Assembly: GCA_964200185.2 (NCBI GenBank)
Contig: CAXNAD020000005.1
Location: 1 to 63,872, forward strand
From: Choristocarpus tenellus KU-1152
Lineage: Eukaryota > Protista > Phaeophyceae
Direction: 5' to 3'
Length of the DNA stretch: 63,872 bases
Shown: in pieces, positions 14,801-27,600 of the stretch
How positions within the stretch are numbered: position 1 is the first letter of the stretch
Layout of the letters: the number at the start of each line of letters is the position of its first letter
The notes under the pieces: generated by a model
The model's input: the letters and a program-made list of their open reading frames with translations, nothing else
The model's database searches: none
Told to the model about the DNA's origin: nothing
Made by a program: the position numbers and the translations under genes

Positions 14801-17800
14801 CCCTCGAGAATCTAGACCTCACTATTGTGGGAGGTATTGAAAGTGATTTAATCATCTACCCCCTTGGCTACAGAGAAAAACAATCACTGTAGATGGTGAA
14901 ACAAAGGAATCAAGAAACAAAACAACAAGACTATTCATGCCACCACTCCTTGACTAATAAGCACTGACAATAACACAAAATGCCGTAAATGTGATAATAA
15001 CCCTAACCCTAACCCTAACCCTAACCCAAATGTGATAAAAACTATAATTCACTACCTCTCAATATAGGAAAAGTAAAATGATGACACATCAATTGAGTGT
15101 ACATAACACCGCAGTATTCAGAGTGGAAACATTCAAGAAAGTATCTTAGAAGACATATACTAGGGCATGCTAGATATCACCTTATCGCAGAGGGTCTCCT
15201 TTGCAAAGAAGGTAGCACCAATCTGCTGTGTGATTCCCCCTGCCTCTCCCTCCTGAACACTAGTTTGACGAATCTTATCCAAGAGCTTGGTCTTACCTGT
15301 CAAATACAAAGATGCCACAAAAAACTTCAGTATCACAGTGGAAAAATACACAGAACACTCTCAATCATGGGAAGACTAGTTCATAAATCAAGGATCAACT
15401 ACTAGTGCTTTTTTTTAAGTATATGGTACTATACACACTACAAAATAAAAACCATATCATACCACTGGAAAAGAATTTGTTACAAACAACACTCACACAA
15501 CTAATAAAAAAGTAGCATTGGTTCAAGATAATATTATTGCCCCAGAAAAAACCTAAAAGATTCTTGAAAAAAATTAAATCACCACTGGCAAAAAACAGCA
15601 AAGGTTAAAAGTTTAATGTACATAACCGACCCTAGTAATTCATTCCTTCTCCACACACCAAACAGTTCAAAGACTTTACGACATGATAGATACATAGAAC
15701 CTCACCAGACCTCTCTCTCTCATCCGCACACATTCCAGGTGGTGTCTACAAGAAGTGCAATCGCATAGAAAGTACTCTGCCAACAACCGCAGTATGCTTT
15801 AGTATTATACAGAGTATAACACAATCGACAACTACCCACCTAGGAACTTTACTCACTTCCAAACCTTGAACTTTTAACAGAGATATCGAAAATCATTATT
15901 TCAATATATTAAGACAGTTTAACGTAGGACTGCTGTTATAGCAACATCATTGCTAGTTCTAATACTACTTACGACATTGAGTCCTTAATAGAATATCATA
16001 ATTGAAAAACTTAGATGCCAGCACAACCAGCTGGAAGCAACTGCAGCAAATGGCACTCCATACTCACAACTCAGAAGGTCAGGGCCAGCCCACACATGTG
16101 TGGAGGGAAAAGAACATTCAAATTCCATCATGTCACTGCACCAAACAAGTCAGTGACAATAAAACAACAAAGACAATAAAAATAACAGTAACAAAGATCA
16201 CAATGGAAGAATCAATAGATCAATATAAGCATAAAAAACAAAACACACACACACACCAATCACTGTTAATAGACCAAGTCACACTCATACCAGTGTCAAC
16301 ATGTCCCATGATGCACACAATGGGAGACCTCAGGTTGTCACCCGAGCGCTCATTGCGGGCTGCCTCCTCTCTCTCCAGACGTTTCCTCCGTGCATCTTCC
16401 TATCATAGAGGGACGGAACAGTTCATCGCAAGTATCATAATGCAAGGACCATGGCACACACTATCAAGCACATAAATGAACTTCAAAGAATGGATAAATT
16501 AATTGCACAGTACTGTTCAATATTAGTACTCTTGAAATGTTTTAAGAAACATTACTGTTGGATGCAAGTGGTACCTTGAGCATCTCTGCTGCCAAAATCT
16601 CTCGCTGCCGCTCTGCTTCTTCTCTTCGCCGCCTGAGGTTAGGGTTAGGGTTAAAGTTAGAGTTACGGATTGTGTTGTACATGTCAGGGTTGTGACTTGC
16701 AATGTAACACATTTTCAGGTTAGGGTGGTCCAATACCTCTGTCAGGAAGATATACTTCAATAGTACTCCGTATTGTATTTTAATACTACATATTATGTGT
16801 CAAGTTATGGACGCTCCTATCTCATATACCCACAAAGTGCACTAATCTTGTCAGATAACTCTTCCTCACCGGCAGCCTGTCCACATCACCCATCTCACAA
16901 AGAGAACTCAAAGCTAGATCACAGACAATCAACCCTCTCTAACACGCCATATACACACTACAAAACAAAGAGGTAACATTGCCCCACCTCTATGCTTATC
17001 ATAATATTTCATAGTATTATCAAAAAAATAAATTATAATGCCATGCCAATTGGCAAATGCCATCAAAATATAAATAGTCAAACACTCCGTAACTTGTCTT
17101 GAATGAAAAGACTACCTCCATCACCCAACCCCAACCTACCTATCCCGAACCCCATCAAATGTATCCCCTTCCCCAACTGGGTATCTGCAACCACTTCAAG
17201 TGTGTCTAGGCTACACTGTAGAATTATCATGTCTCAAAGCTCTAACCGCTACATAACGTCACACAATATCATTCAAAACATGCAAGAGAAGTAAAATAAA
17301 AAGTCACTACTGTACCCTAACTTTAATAATAGTAATAATAACATTGGAAACTAGGCACACGCACCACTCTGCTCAGGAAACCTTTCATTCCACACCTACA
17401 ACAACATAGCAAATGCAAATTATGCCCAGAGCACACAACAATCGCAGAGAGTGCTGAGCTCTCCAGTCTCCTACATTTCCTCCATGCAGAGGACCTCACT
17501 GTTTCACATCACAGATCATCCTCCTTGTCTCTTGGGAGCTGGAAAGATCTACTCAACACTCAGTAACTAACACAATAATAGTAACAATCAACCAACACAA
17601 TGTATGATCTGTTCCACCTTCTCTTGATTCTAACAACATTAAGATCATATCAACACTGGAACAAAGTTAAAATCAAGATTGAATGTGATGTTTTTTCTCA
17701 TACTTTCTGAGTGTACCCTCAGTGTAGACTTGTCATGGTCTGAAATATCTTCCTCACTTGAAAGGCTTGACGGCCATCAGAAAAGGAATTCGTTGATACC

Positions 17801-20800
17801 TCACAGGGCAGGAAGGCAATAAAATACAACTGTAACCACAACCATCATCCCCAGGCCTCTCCAGTGTACCCTCAGTGTAGACTTGTCATGGTCTGAAATA
17901 TCTTCCTCACTTGAAAGGCTTGACGGCCATCAGAAAAGGAATTCATTGATACATCACTGGGCAGGAAGATAACGCAAGCAAGTTAAACCCCAACCTTTAA
18001 CGCCAGTCCTAAAACTACTAATACTACCATCGATACAAACCAAACTAATTCCTACTACAACAATCCTAACCACTCCCTACCACCCTACCAACAAAACATC
18101 ACGAGCATATTTGTGCATCTACTAACAATTACTATCCCTGCAACCAACGGGCAAAAACTACGGGACTATTCTAAGATAACTATAAACAAATGTATGATGT
18201 ATGGACAGCTGAAAGTGCATACTTGAAGTAACACTTCCAACTCCATACTTCTGGAAAAAAAGTACATTATCTTTTAATGGTTATTTGACCAGTACTGTAC
18301 AGACACACTACCATACACAATAATATGAACATACTTTCTAAGGCACATGCACTACTTGTGCCACTTGTAGGTGTAACTAACACACTTCACAACCAATAAG
18401 CTGTGTTGTTAGCAGTATGTTTGAAGACCTCTCACCTTTCCTCTTCCTCCTTACGAATTGCCTCGACCTTCATCTGCTTTATGCCCTGTTTTCGGAGTCG
18501 CTCCTTCTCTTCCCTCTCATCCTTCAGGATTAGATCTTCCTCATCTTCAAAGTTGTTCCCCTTGACCTGGATATTTTCAAGCAATTCCTGCCAACGCACA
18601 GAACCCAACGTGCATGAGATCAAGAGAACCAAAACGCCTCTAAACTCTACAATCTTAACATAAACAGTACGGAGGCCACAATATTCCATCAATAGAAGCA
18701 TACTGCACAAAAGACAGAATGAATCCAGATTGCAGTAAAAGAGCTACTTCACAGCACTCTACAAAGCGTATATTCATCTGAACAAGACCAGATTCAACGA
18801 ACTAAAACTAGGGGGTACGGAGAATGTAACTTTTTTTTTTTTTTTTTTCCAATAGAAAACTCATCTCCAAGACACGGCATTGTACTATCCATGAGACTCA
18901 CTACCTCACCGTGGGGAATATTATTTCTTCCAGAATAATTTTGAGCGTGCATCTCTTCACTAGGATAGATTATCACCTTTCATAACCATAACCCTATCCC
19001 AAATAAAAGCAAAGTATTACTGTTAGTTACAACATCACCAATTTCCTTACCGACACATCAGCTGTGTCCCAGTCATCCGCAGCATCCTCCCAGTCATCCA
19101 CGGCCCCAGCTGTCTCCACTGTTTCCTCTGTAGCAACCCCTTCATTATTCCCGCCCTCTTCCTTTAAACCTTCTTCACCAATTGGAAGCCCCCTTTCATC
19201 TCCTTCCTCACATGCAGCACCCTTTTCCACCTCTGGCTCTGGAGTAGTCTCCTCCTTCGCTGTGGGGGGTGGGGGAGGGGGGGCGTCGCTCTTGGCCTTA
19301 TTCGGCTTACGCTTCCCATAAACTGGCCTCTTTTTTGTGCCATCTTCCTTGGGCTCCCCAGGGGCTTCTCCTGGGACTGACACAAGTGGGTCATGTTTTG
19401 GGACTAGGGTTAGTTCTCAATCAGATATGTTTGGGTTATCATTCGAACTGTAAGGCATGGCAGTTACTTGGATGTGCAACACACAAAAACGTATGTTGTG
19501 GGATTAGGGCTATCTTCAGTGAAGCTAGGGTTAGCCCTGAACCTCTCCATCTTAGATCTGATCTTCGAGGGAGATCTGTTTTGATCTTCCTCAGTATTCA
19601 GGGCTTTCAAAGCTTTCTGCTTTTTACGCCCCACTCCCATGCCTGAAATACAGCCAATCCCTCTTAGGAGGCTGTGACTGAAGAAGAGAGACAGCATGTT
19701 CATCCACAAAAGTGTGGAACCACCCTTCAGAGCACCAGAAGAAAATCTACCAAAAAGGCTGTTGCAGCAGACCCAAACACTCTACGAATCCCTCTAAAGT
19801 AACATAGCTCACTGATAAGGGAATTTAGGGACAGTAGCGTTCAGCAGATACACTATATTAATGAGAACATGCTGGTAGTACTAGTATGTTGGTTGATTAA
19901 AACATGAAACTCTAGTAAGGACAGAGGATAGCTTCAAGACAACACTGGACTGACGGCAGATGAGCATGGTTAGTATCTTGACACCACGGCAAGTACACCT
20001 CTACATAGAGTTAGGGATTGTATGTGCATATACACTTGCAAAAAACAGAATATATAATCATATGGTCAAGTTTATTTTAAAAAAATCTTTCAATGGCACT
20101 GGTAACAGACAGTAATACCCCCATCATCTGTGCTGCGAGCACTCTTCCAAACCAACCTGACGAGCACAGAACAGGTTTAGGGGTGCAATCAAAGTTACAC
20201 CCAGCAGGTAATCATCAATCATAATTATTTCACCTAACAATCCAGCAGCAATCATCGCTTCCCTTTTTAGCTTAGCTTTAGCCTCCTGCTCTTTCATCTT
20301 CTTTGTCTTGTAGGTACCCTCCTTCTTCTTCTTCTCCAGCTTAAAAAAAAAACAAAATGCAGTTACATTTCAGTTACAACAAGGTTATACAAAATGACCT
20401 ACAAGAACAACAATCAGACTTCAGCCGTCTTAAACGGACTAAATGGACTCTCTGATGTGTAGTAAGCCTTTGGCGGCAGTTACATTTCGGTTTCAACACA
20501 ACAGTTTACATATGAGGTCGTACAACAGATGGCTGGATCGTGATAATGTTGGGTATTGATGGCAGTTACTTTGTTGAAAATCCTTCATCACACAACGCTA
20601 ATTTTTCTACATTACACATTACCAGTGGTCTGCCTTGCATACTAGTAATATTGGGACACAATATATCACTATGTATTAATCAATTGCCGAATGCACGAAA
20701 TCATAACAAAAAGGACTCATCTGCACAAATAGACCATACTAGCAATTACAACATGAAGTGCACACAAACCAAGACATCAACACCTATACCACATCACCCA

Positions 20801-23800
20801 CGCCAAGGGGATCTACACTCAGTATCCACGAGAGTCAAGGCAACAACCACTTCAATGTGCTCGAACTACGCCAGAAGATACACAACTACCCTCAATTGTC
20901 CATATCTATTATTGCTCACCTTCTCCTTGGCCTTGGCTTTCTTTTTGGCTTTCTCTTCCTCCACCCTCTTCCGCTCTTCCTCCTCCTTGGCTTCTATCTC
21001 TGCCAACCGACGGGCCTCCTCCTCCTGACAGTTACAATAAAACAAAAACAAAAAACCACCGCAACCACCCCACCCCAAAAAACATTTTATCAGTACAACA
21101 TCCATCCTCTACGCCATACCTCACACCTATACAAGACAAGTCACTCCCTCTCCCACCTCCCTCCCAAGACACATAGTTCAACCGCACAAACCTCAATGCC
21201 TTCCAATACCCCTCCCCCCACCCAAACTCTATCTTAAAACACCAGTCCAAAACAACTCCTAACCTTGATTCGATCCACTACAAAAATAGAATTAATCAAC
21301 ACATGCTCTAACCCTACCCCTTCACATCAATTACAATCTCAATATCAACAAGCGTGATTCTGCAAACCTCTAGGCGTTTGATTCTCTCCTCCTCCTCCCG
21401 CTGCTTGGCCACCCTCTCAGCAATGAGCTTTCCCTTCGCAGTCTGTGTTTTCACTTTTTCCTTCTCCTCTTCCTTCTTCTCACCACCTCCCCCCTTGCAC
21501 ATCATGCCACACGTTAATAATGATTGTACAATCGATACACCATCACCATGATTGTTAACTGCATCATCACTCACAAAAAAAAATCAAACGAAGAAAAACC
21601 TTTAACAAAAAAAATTAATGCTTGTTCTTAGTAAGCAATGTCCTAAGCAACATCATGGAATCAAGTACCCTAACCCTAAGCAACAACAAAGCAAGACAGT
21701 ACAAAACAGAAAAGGGGAGTATTCATGATAATTTAAGACCATGAATGGTATATATTAAAGCATAAAACAGGTCAACTCATCATGAAATATCATTGAAATC
21801 ATTATCAACATCTTCAACATTCAGTCCCCTCAAAGACCACTTTTTCCTTCTTCTCTGTTCTTGATGTTGTGATTAACACACATGTTGCCTCCCACTGATG
21901 GACAAGTCTCACACAAGACAACTTAAGGCAGGTATCACAATTAATTGAGAGGATATTCGTCCACATTTCAGCATGCAGTACCCATGCCAGGGGGAGAAGT
22001 GCACACAAACATTGGAAGGACAGCCCTAATGTCACGTTTCCCCCCTTCTCACTCCAACTCAAATCTACAGTTATATATCTTAAATCACACTGTACTGTGG
22101 TATGCTTACATCCTTCAAAACCCTGATACAATTCGTCCAATCTTGCATCCTTTTCACCTTGCACACCAAACCCTAACCCCAACAAACACTCCTTGCTACT
22201 GCTATGTTGAAGCAATATTTATCCTTTCATTCACGCAATAAGGTTTGATAATGTCCTGCCAGTACTTCAATATTTTGTATTGAGGAGCCAAATCTGGAAC
22301 AAATCTATAAACCAAACTGCAAACCCCGCAACAGATTCACTTGAAGCACCTTTCACTTCAACACAATTTGCACGGTCCTGTTTCAAGTTGTACCACATGT
22401 ACCTCCCATCCAACTTGCATTGCACTGCACTCAACAAACAGTCAATTCTCTGCCAAATACCTAAGAAAGCAAAAAAGTCTAATGATGTAAACCAGAATCA
22501 TCACCTTCTTCTTTTTCTTCTTTTTCTTGTTCTTGGTATCTTCCCCCCCTCCTCCCACCCCCCCACCGCCCATCTGAGCAAGGAAGGCTGCAGCAGCAGC
22601 CTCAGGGTTCTCCATGGGAGCAGGGGAAGCTTCTCCTGCTGGCTCCATCTATTCACCAACCCCCAAGGAAAACAGAGGAGCAAAGATCCTGAACTGTCAA
22701 GTGTAGGACATAACAACTGCACACTTAATCTGATAGTGCCCAGGTATCACGACACAGAAATAGTTTGTGAATAATGTATGCAAACAGCCAATGGGCATAG
22801 CATTAGCCCTGGGAGTGTCCAGTCTCTAAAACTAGTCACCTTTCAATGACAGTTGAAGGATCCCTTGGTTCAGCAGCATTCCTTCGAAAATATCACATAA
22901 AAAAGGAACACTTAGGGTTCAACCACCAGCACTGGATGAACATAAGGAATAATCAAGCTGATTATTGACTCCTATGATAAATCTCTGCGGATGTGGGAAT
23001 TATGCATCGAAGACTCTTCAACACCTCACCTCCTTGTTGCCAGTACTTGTCTCCACACCAAACTCAGCCATCAGTGCATCAAGGTCTTCCTCCCCTGCCC
23101 CAGCCTTACCGGCCTTGGCCTTGGCTTTTCCTTTTCCCTGCGAGTAAGATGTCTATCGAATTATATTCTGGAAGTTGAAGTACTCTTGCTCGTTTTGGGA
23201 AGGCTTCAGAATCAGAATCACATAGTCAACACCTTGGCATCTTTTCGACAACAGATGCTGCCCTTTCCCCATCTTCAGCTTCACACTAGATTACCATCAT
23301 TATGTAAATGTCAAAGAGGAGCAAACATATGTCAGCGGATAAAAGCTTGGCATCTACGACTAATCTGAGGTGCAGTGTCGATGGTATCTGATTTTCATTA
23401 CATCATTTAGGGTCTTCCATATTTTGTAGAATCACTATTAACCTCCACGCATCTAAACAAGCGCAGCGAATAAATGGCGCTTGCGCCCTTAATCTCCCAA
23501 AGGATATCGCAATTCGGGGAGGAAAACGGAGATGGAAAATACCTTGGTTGCAGGAGCAGGGGCTTTCACTGGTGCAATCTCTACGTCAGATCCCGTGTCA
23601 CTCTCTGAATCATCTGCCATGCCTGCAAATGCTGACACCTGGACCATCAATGCGGATATTGAATTCACCGTGTGAGGTAGAGCAAACTTTAAGAGGGTGT
23701 AGCATTGAGACTGCCACAAAGAGGGTTGCTGAGTTGAGGAGATGAGGATCGTGTTCAGTATTGCAGACCAAATTCATAGAAGACAGAATGTAAGAATTGA

Positions 23801-24053
23801 GACAACTAAGCATGAAATCAAAAGAAAAGACTTCACGACGAATCTGCTAGGACGAGGGCACATCGACCATATGAGGCCAAGGGTGGGAAAGACAGGGTCA
23901 GGTCGAACGAGAGAAATTCAACTAGCACTCTCGAACCAAACCAGGCAGCCCAAAATGACTCGACGTATTCATTTCGAACAATCACACTATGTAATCAACC
24001 ACCTTCTGCGTGCGAGGTGCTTGTTCTGTATCCGAGTCGCTGCCACTTTCCAT
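2383..24053 (-). CDS. EIF5B: Eukaryotic translation initiation factor 5B (IF2 family GTPase), 23 coding exons
   Basis: Phase-consistent GT-AG exons: 24053-24003, 23638-23543, 23137-23030, 22648-22505, 21493-21368, 21024-20920, 20339-20234, 19376-19051, 18587-18436, 16632-16575, 16399-16291, 15296-15181, 14158-13931, 13222-13105, 12878-12739, 9979-9852, 8782-8695, 8083-7940, 7454-7254, 6222-6016, 4491-4348, 3624-3448, 2442-2383. Motifs [85 protein letters not shown], and C-terminal KKVFNIP*. Charged low-complexity N-terminus; the start codon is less certain. Confidence 0.97.
7489..7544. repeat. 21-bp minisatellite, ~2.5 copies, in an eIF5B intron
   Basis: GCATGTTTAGATTTGCCACAG GTATGTTTAGATTTGTCACAG GCATGTTCAGA. 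Confidence 0.8.
14999..15027. repeat. Interstitial telomere-like (CCCTAA)n tract, longest of many in the window
   Basis: AACCCTAACCCTAACCCTAACCCTAACCC. Similar tracts at 9379, 10291, 16637, 21668, 26016, 26993, 33151, 54167, 56162. Confidence 0.9.
17449..17561 (-). other. Long intronic stem-loop (~113 nt), possible structured RNA or decayed palindromic element
   Basis: On the eIF5B sense strand, GAGUGUUGAG..CUUUCCAG-CUCC pairs with GGAG-A-CUGGAGAG-CUCAGCACUC (about 22 bp including G:U pairs). Confidence 0.45.
17714..17810 (-). ncRNA. Candidate intronic box C/D snoRNA, copy A
   Basis: Sense strand of eIF5B intron: terminal stem UGCCC/GGGUA, box C GUGAGGU, D' CUGA, C' GUGAGGA, box D CUGA abutting the stem. 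97 nt. Confidence 0.55.
17867..17963 (-). ncRNA. Candidate intronic box C/D snoRNA, copy B
   Basis: Terminal stem UGCCC/GGGUA, box C GUGAUGU (last U can pair with the A before box D), D' CUGA, C' GUGAGGA, D CUGA. The 106-bp units 17710-17815 and 17863-17968 differ at 3 positions. Confidence 0.65.
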
Positions 24054-24602
24054 GATAACTCTCTAGTAGTAAATGATGTCAATGTTAGTGTCCTATTGAC
24101 TCGGCTTTCTGCCGTCGATGTACTATCCAAGTCTGATACGAGAACACTCCCCCACTCCACCATACGAGTCGCATGCAGTGATATCGAAGGTAACTTCAAT
24201 CTTTACCAGAATGTGTTGCTGGAGAGAGGTAAACAATGACCTCTCACCTTGACAGCCCCAAATCAACAATAATGTCACATTCATGAAAAAAAACAAGAAA
24301 TTCGTACCAAAACGCCATAATATGTGATCGAGACCATGTGGAGTGTGCCTCCCCCATTCTGTACCCCTCTACCTAGACCAAGGGAAACAGTCCTTATTTT
24401 TTCGGGCTATCTCTTTCTGTGCTTGTGTTCTCTTTATACGAGACTAAGGGCAGAGGCTTTTCCTTACAGTGATTGCCCATTTCTATTTCGTTTGTCTTTA
24501 ATAGCAAGAAAGGTATAATTTCAAATTTTGACGATAAAGGATCGATCGAGCTTTGAGACTCGTCCTAGAAACGTGGGTTGACTCTGCTCTGCGAAGGTGA
24601 CG
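24054..24602. promoter_or_regulatory. Putative bidirectional promoter and 5' UTRs between eIF5B and NSE2
   Basis: Divergent start codons ~550 bp apart. Inferred from geometry only. Confidence 0.5.
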
Positions 24603-27600
24603 ATGTCATCACTGCGGGTAGCAGCTGATGCTGCGAGGTCGATGGGAGGAAAGGAGGATACTTATCGGCAGTACGTGACAGACGTGCACTACTACACGAA
24701 AAGCCTGGCCGACGAACTAGGCAAAGGAGACATGAGGTGCTTGTTCTAGGGAGGGGGCCGTTGAGGGTGTGCTAGATTTTGTAGTGGTGTGTGCGGTTAG
24801 TAGGTTGGAAGATACCGTCTTCTCTATGGTGGCTAATATTTGGGGGTCTCTCACATCGACTATCCTATATTCATTTGACTGTTAGATCTCAAGTGGTTTA
24901 TTTGATTACCCAAATCACCCTATAGTATTTTAGAGGTTCAAGGCATCTTATTCACCCTACTCCTCCCCGGTCCCTGGTCTCGTAATCGGTTTCTTCAGCG
25001 TGCTGCACAAGGACACTCATAAGAAGCTAGTGGACAGACTAGAAGACCTGGCAACTGGGGATACCAAGGCTGACCTAGAGGTATATTCGACACACTCCGA
25101 CACTGACGACTGGTATGATCTAGATAAATGTACTTTGTATCCGGACCGCTAGGTAAGGAAAGTACTTGGCCACGTAACCGTGCGCTTATTTCCTGTGTAA
25201 CGGCATACAGGTTACAGCTTATTTCAAGGCTATCAGCGCTTTGGCGCAGGACATCGGTGCTCAGACTCCACAGGAAATGGACAGTATAGAAGAGGTGGGA
25301 GGCCCGTCGTATGGTTCTACGTCACCTTTATGGTCCTGTCACCACTGCAGGATTACATTGATAATGCCTCAAAGCCTGAAAGTTAGGCACCAAGTCCATA
25401 TACGCAGCGTACCGTGTCACAATATCTCGGTGTGTTTTAACTTGTCCATATATAATCTACAAGACGTGGCCACAAGTCGAAAGGTATACCCATTCCTATA
25501 ATTATTGCGCAGTTATGATCCACGCACATCATGTCTTCTCAGTTTTACTATTCACCCCGTATGCCCGGAATCCAGACAAACATTGAAGACTACAAAGCCA
25601 TCATTCAGGAAAAGGTCAAGGCGGCTATGATTGGAATTGATGAACAGATCAAGGGCACCAAGATGTTCAAGGACATCATGAAGACTGTCAGAGTGGGTGT
25701 AACTGGCTGACTGAGTTTCCCCTCTCCCAGATTGCCATGTTTCATTCTCCTCCCTATTTTTTGTCCAGGTGTGTGAAGTGTTATGTTGAAGAAGAGGTAT
25801 GGACTGCCAACAAAATGGAGGTGTCTATGTATTTGTGTGATGTGGAAACATGATGCTTGCAGCAATTTCTCTATCCCATACAGTTAGGGACATGATACTA
25901 CTGATTTTGATACCGTATGCAGAGTGTTACGTGATCTGCCCTTCTCAAAGTCTGGAGGCTCGATTGTTGCCCCAGCCCTTGAATGTTGTATGTGAAACAT
26001 TTGTGTTGTTGAAGACTAGGTTAGGGTTACGTTATTAATGAAGGTAGAGCTTTGTTCATTTTTTTGTCCCTTTCTTAGAATAGAATGAGTAGATTTCTCG
26101 TACAATATATGTGGTCATTGGCAATATCACTACAGTTACTAGCCTGCAGATGGTGCGCATAAGCTACCAAATATTTAAAACCCACATTCTTATTTATCTC
26201 TGTTCACTTATCTGTTGGTCTCTACCAAGTCGGGTGAGGATGATGATGACCTAGAGGTGATGGCGGGGGAACTCTCTATCAAGTGCCCATTGACCAATGC
26301 CACCTTCAAAGAACCAGTGAAGAGCAAGGTGACACTTAATGAATGTGATAGATAATGTCTTGGCTTTGCTTTCAATAGGTCTTTTCAGACTAGGGATTGT
26401 TTAATTCTCTGGACAAGAAATTAGTTGTTTTTTGTTCATGCTTCTGAGGCAAGAGATACTTCTGTAGAGGAAGCATTGGAACATGTAAGGTGGAAGACTG
26501 GCAGGATATGTTGAGATGGGTTCTACTCTCATATGTATCCTGTTTCATGTATTATAGTCATTATCATAATCATGGGGTCAGGGGTTTTGCATCATAATTG
26601 CGTTATTTTGACTCACTGGGATGTGTAGACTATTCTATTTTTGTTGTAGCTAGTTATACCATGTCCCACCTACCCTAACCTGAACATACATTTATGATTT
26701 TAAATCTGTAGCAAGAAGAAAACCCGGAAAAATGTTGCCTGATCTCCAGTGAAGAGCAAACTTCACCCAATATTTACAACATCCTCAAAACCTGCCATTG
26801 CAACATAAACCCGTCCAAACAGAAATGTGGGCACACCTTTGACAAGAATGCAGTGATCTATCACATAAGGGTTCAAAGGCAAAACTGTGTATGTCCTGTT
26901 GCTGGGTGCAACAAGAAGTTGGCAATGGAAGACCTGGTGCCAGACAAGGAAATGGAGAGAGAGGTGAATATGATTTACATACCCCAATCGTAATCCTAAC
27001 CCTAACCACAATATATTGAGTACTACCAACTGTTCTACACTTGGTGGTCTGGAGTAGATTTTTATGTGTACAAGTATGGAGAAAATAGTTTTTTGGTTGA
27101 GATCTACGGTAATACTCTCTACACATAATGTTCTGCTGTCCTGAGTAGTAATTTGCATTATTGTGATACTTTTGATTCACAGCTTGTGCTTTTATGTCAT
27201 AGACTGTTATCACTATCCCTTTAAATTGGAGGAGAAATGACCCTAGCCCTAATACCACTTCATGATACTTTGTGGGATTAATTTTGGTAGTATGATAGGG
27301 TTAATACCAAAAAACTGGAATTCTTGCCTTCAAGCCTTGAGTGCATTGGAATCCTTGGAGGAGACTTGCCTTTCTGTAAGATGTGAGGTTTGAACATTCG
27401 AGTGTCTCTTGTGAAATGCAGGGTACTCAACAATATTCTTTGATAGATTCTGTAGCAGCTTCAAGTCTGGAAATTTACTTCTGGAAGTCTGCATACAACT
27501 CTTATTGGGTGGGATGTGGTGCAGTAGATGCCACCAGTGACAATTTTTCCTGGCCTCCTGAAGGTGCTACAATGTGGAAGTATGATTTCAAATTGGTACT

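Noticed and set aside
17710-17968. Repeat-spacer-repeat as a CRISPR array or LTR pair
   Set aside because: Only two 106-bp units with a 47-bp spacer, eukaryotic intron, no cas or retroelement ORFs.
23232-23286. Possible extra eIF5B exon (TAG|TGTGAAG...CCAAG|GT)
   Set aside because: Length is not a multiple of three, and the flanking exons already join in frame.
26746-26759. 14-bp copy of the NSE2 exon 5 end (CCAGTGAAGAGCAA) in the next intron
   Set aside because: Too short to support exon duplication, and no donor follows it.
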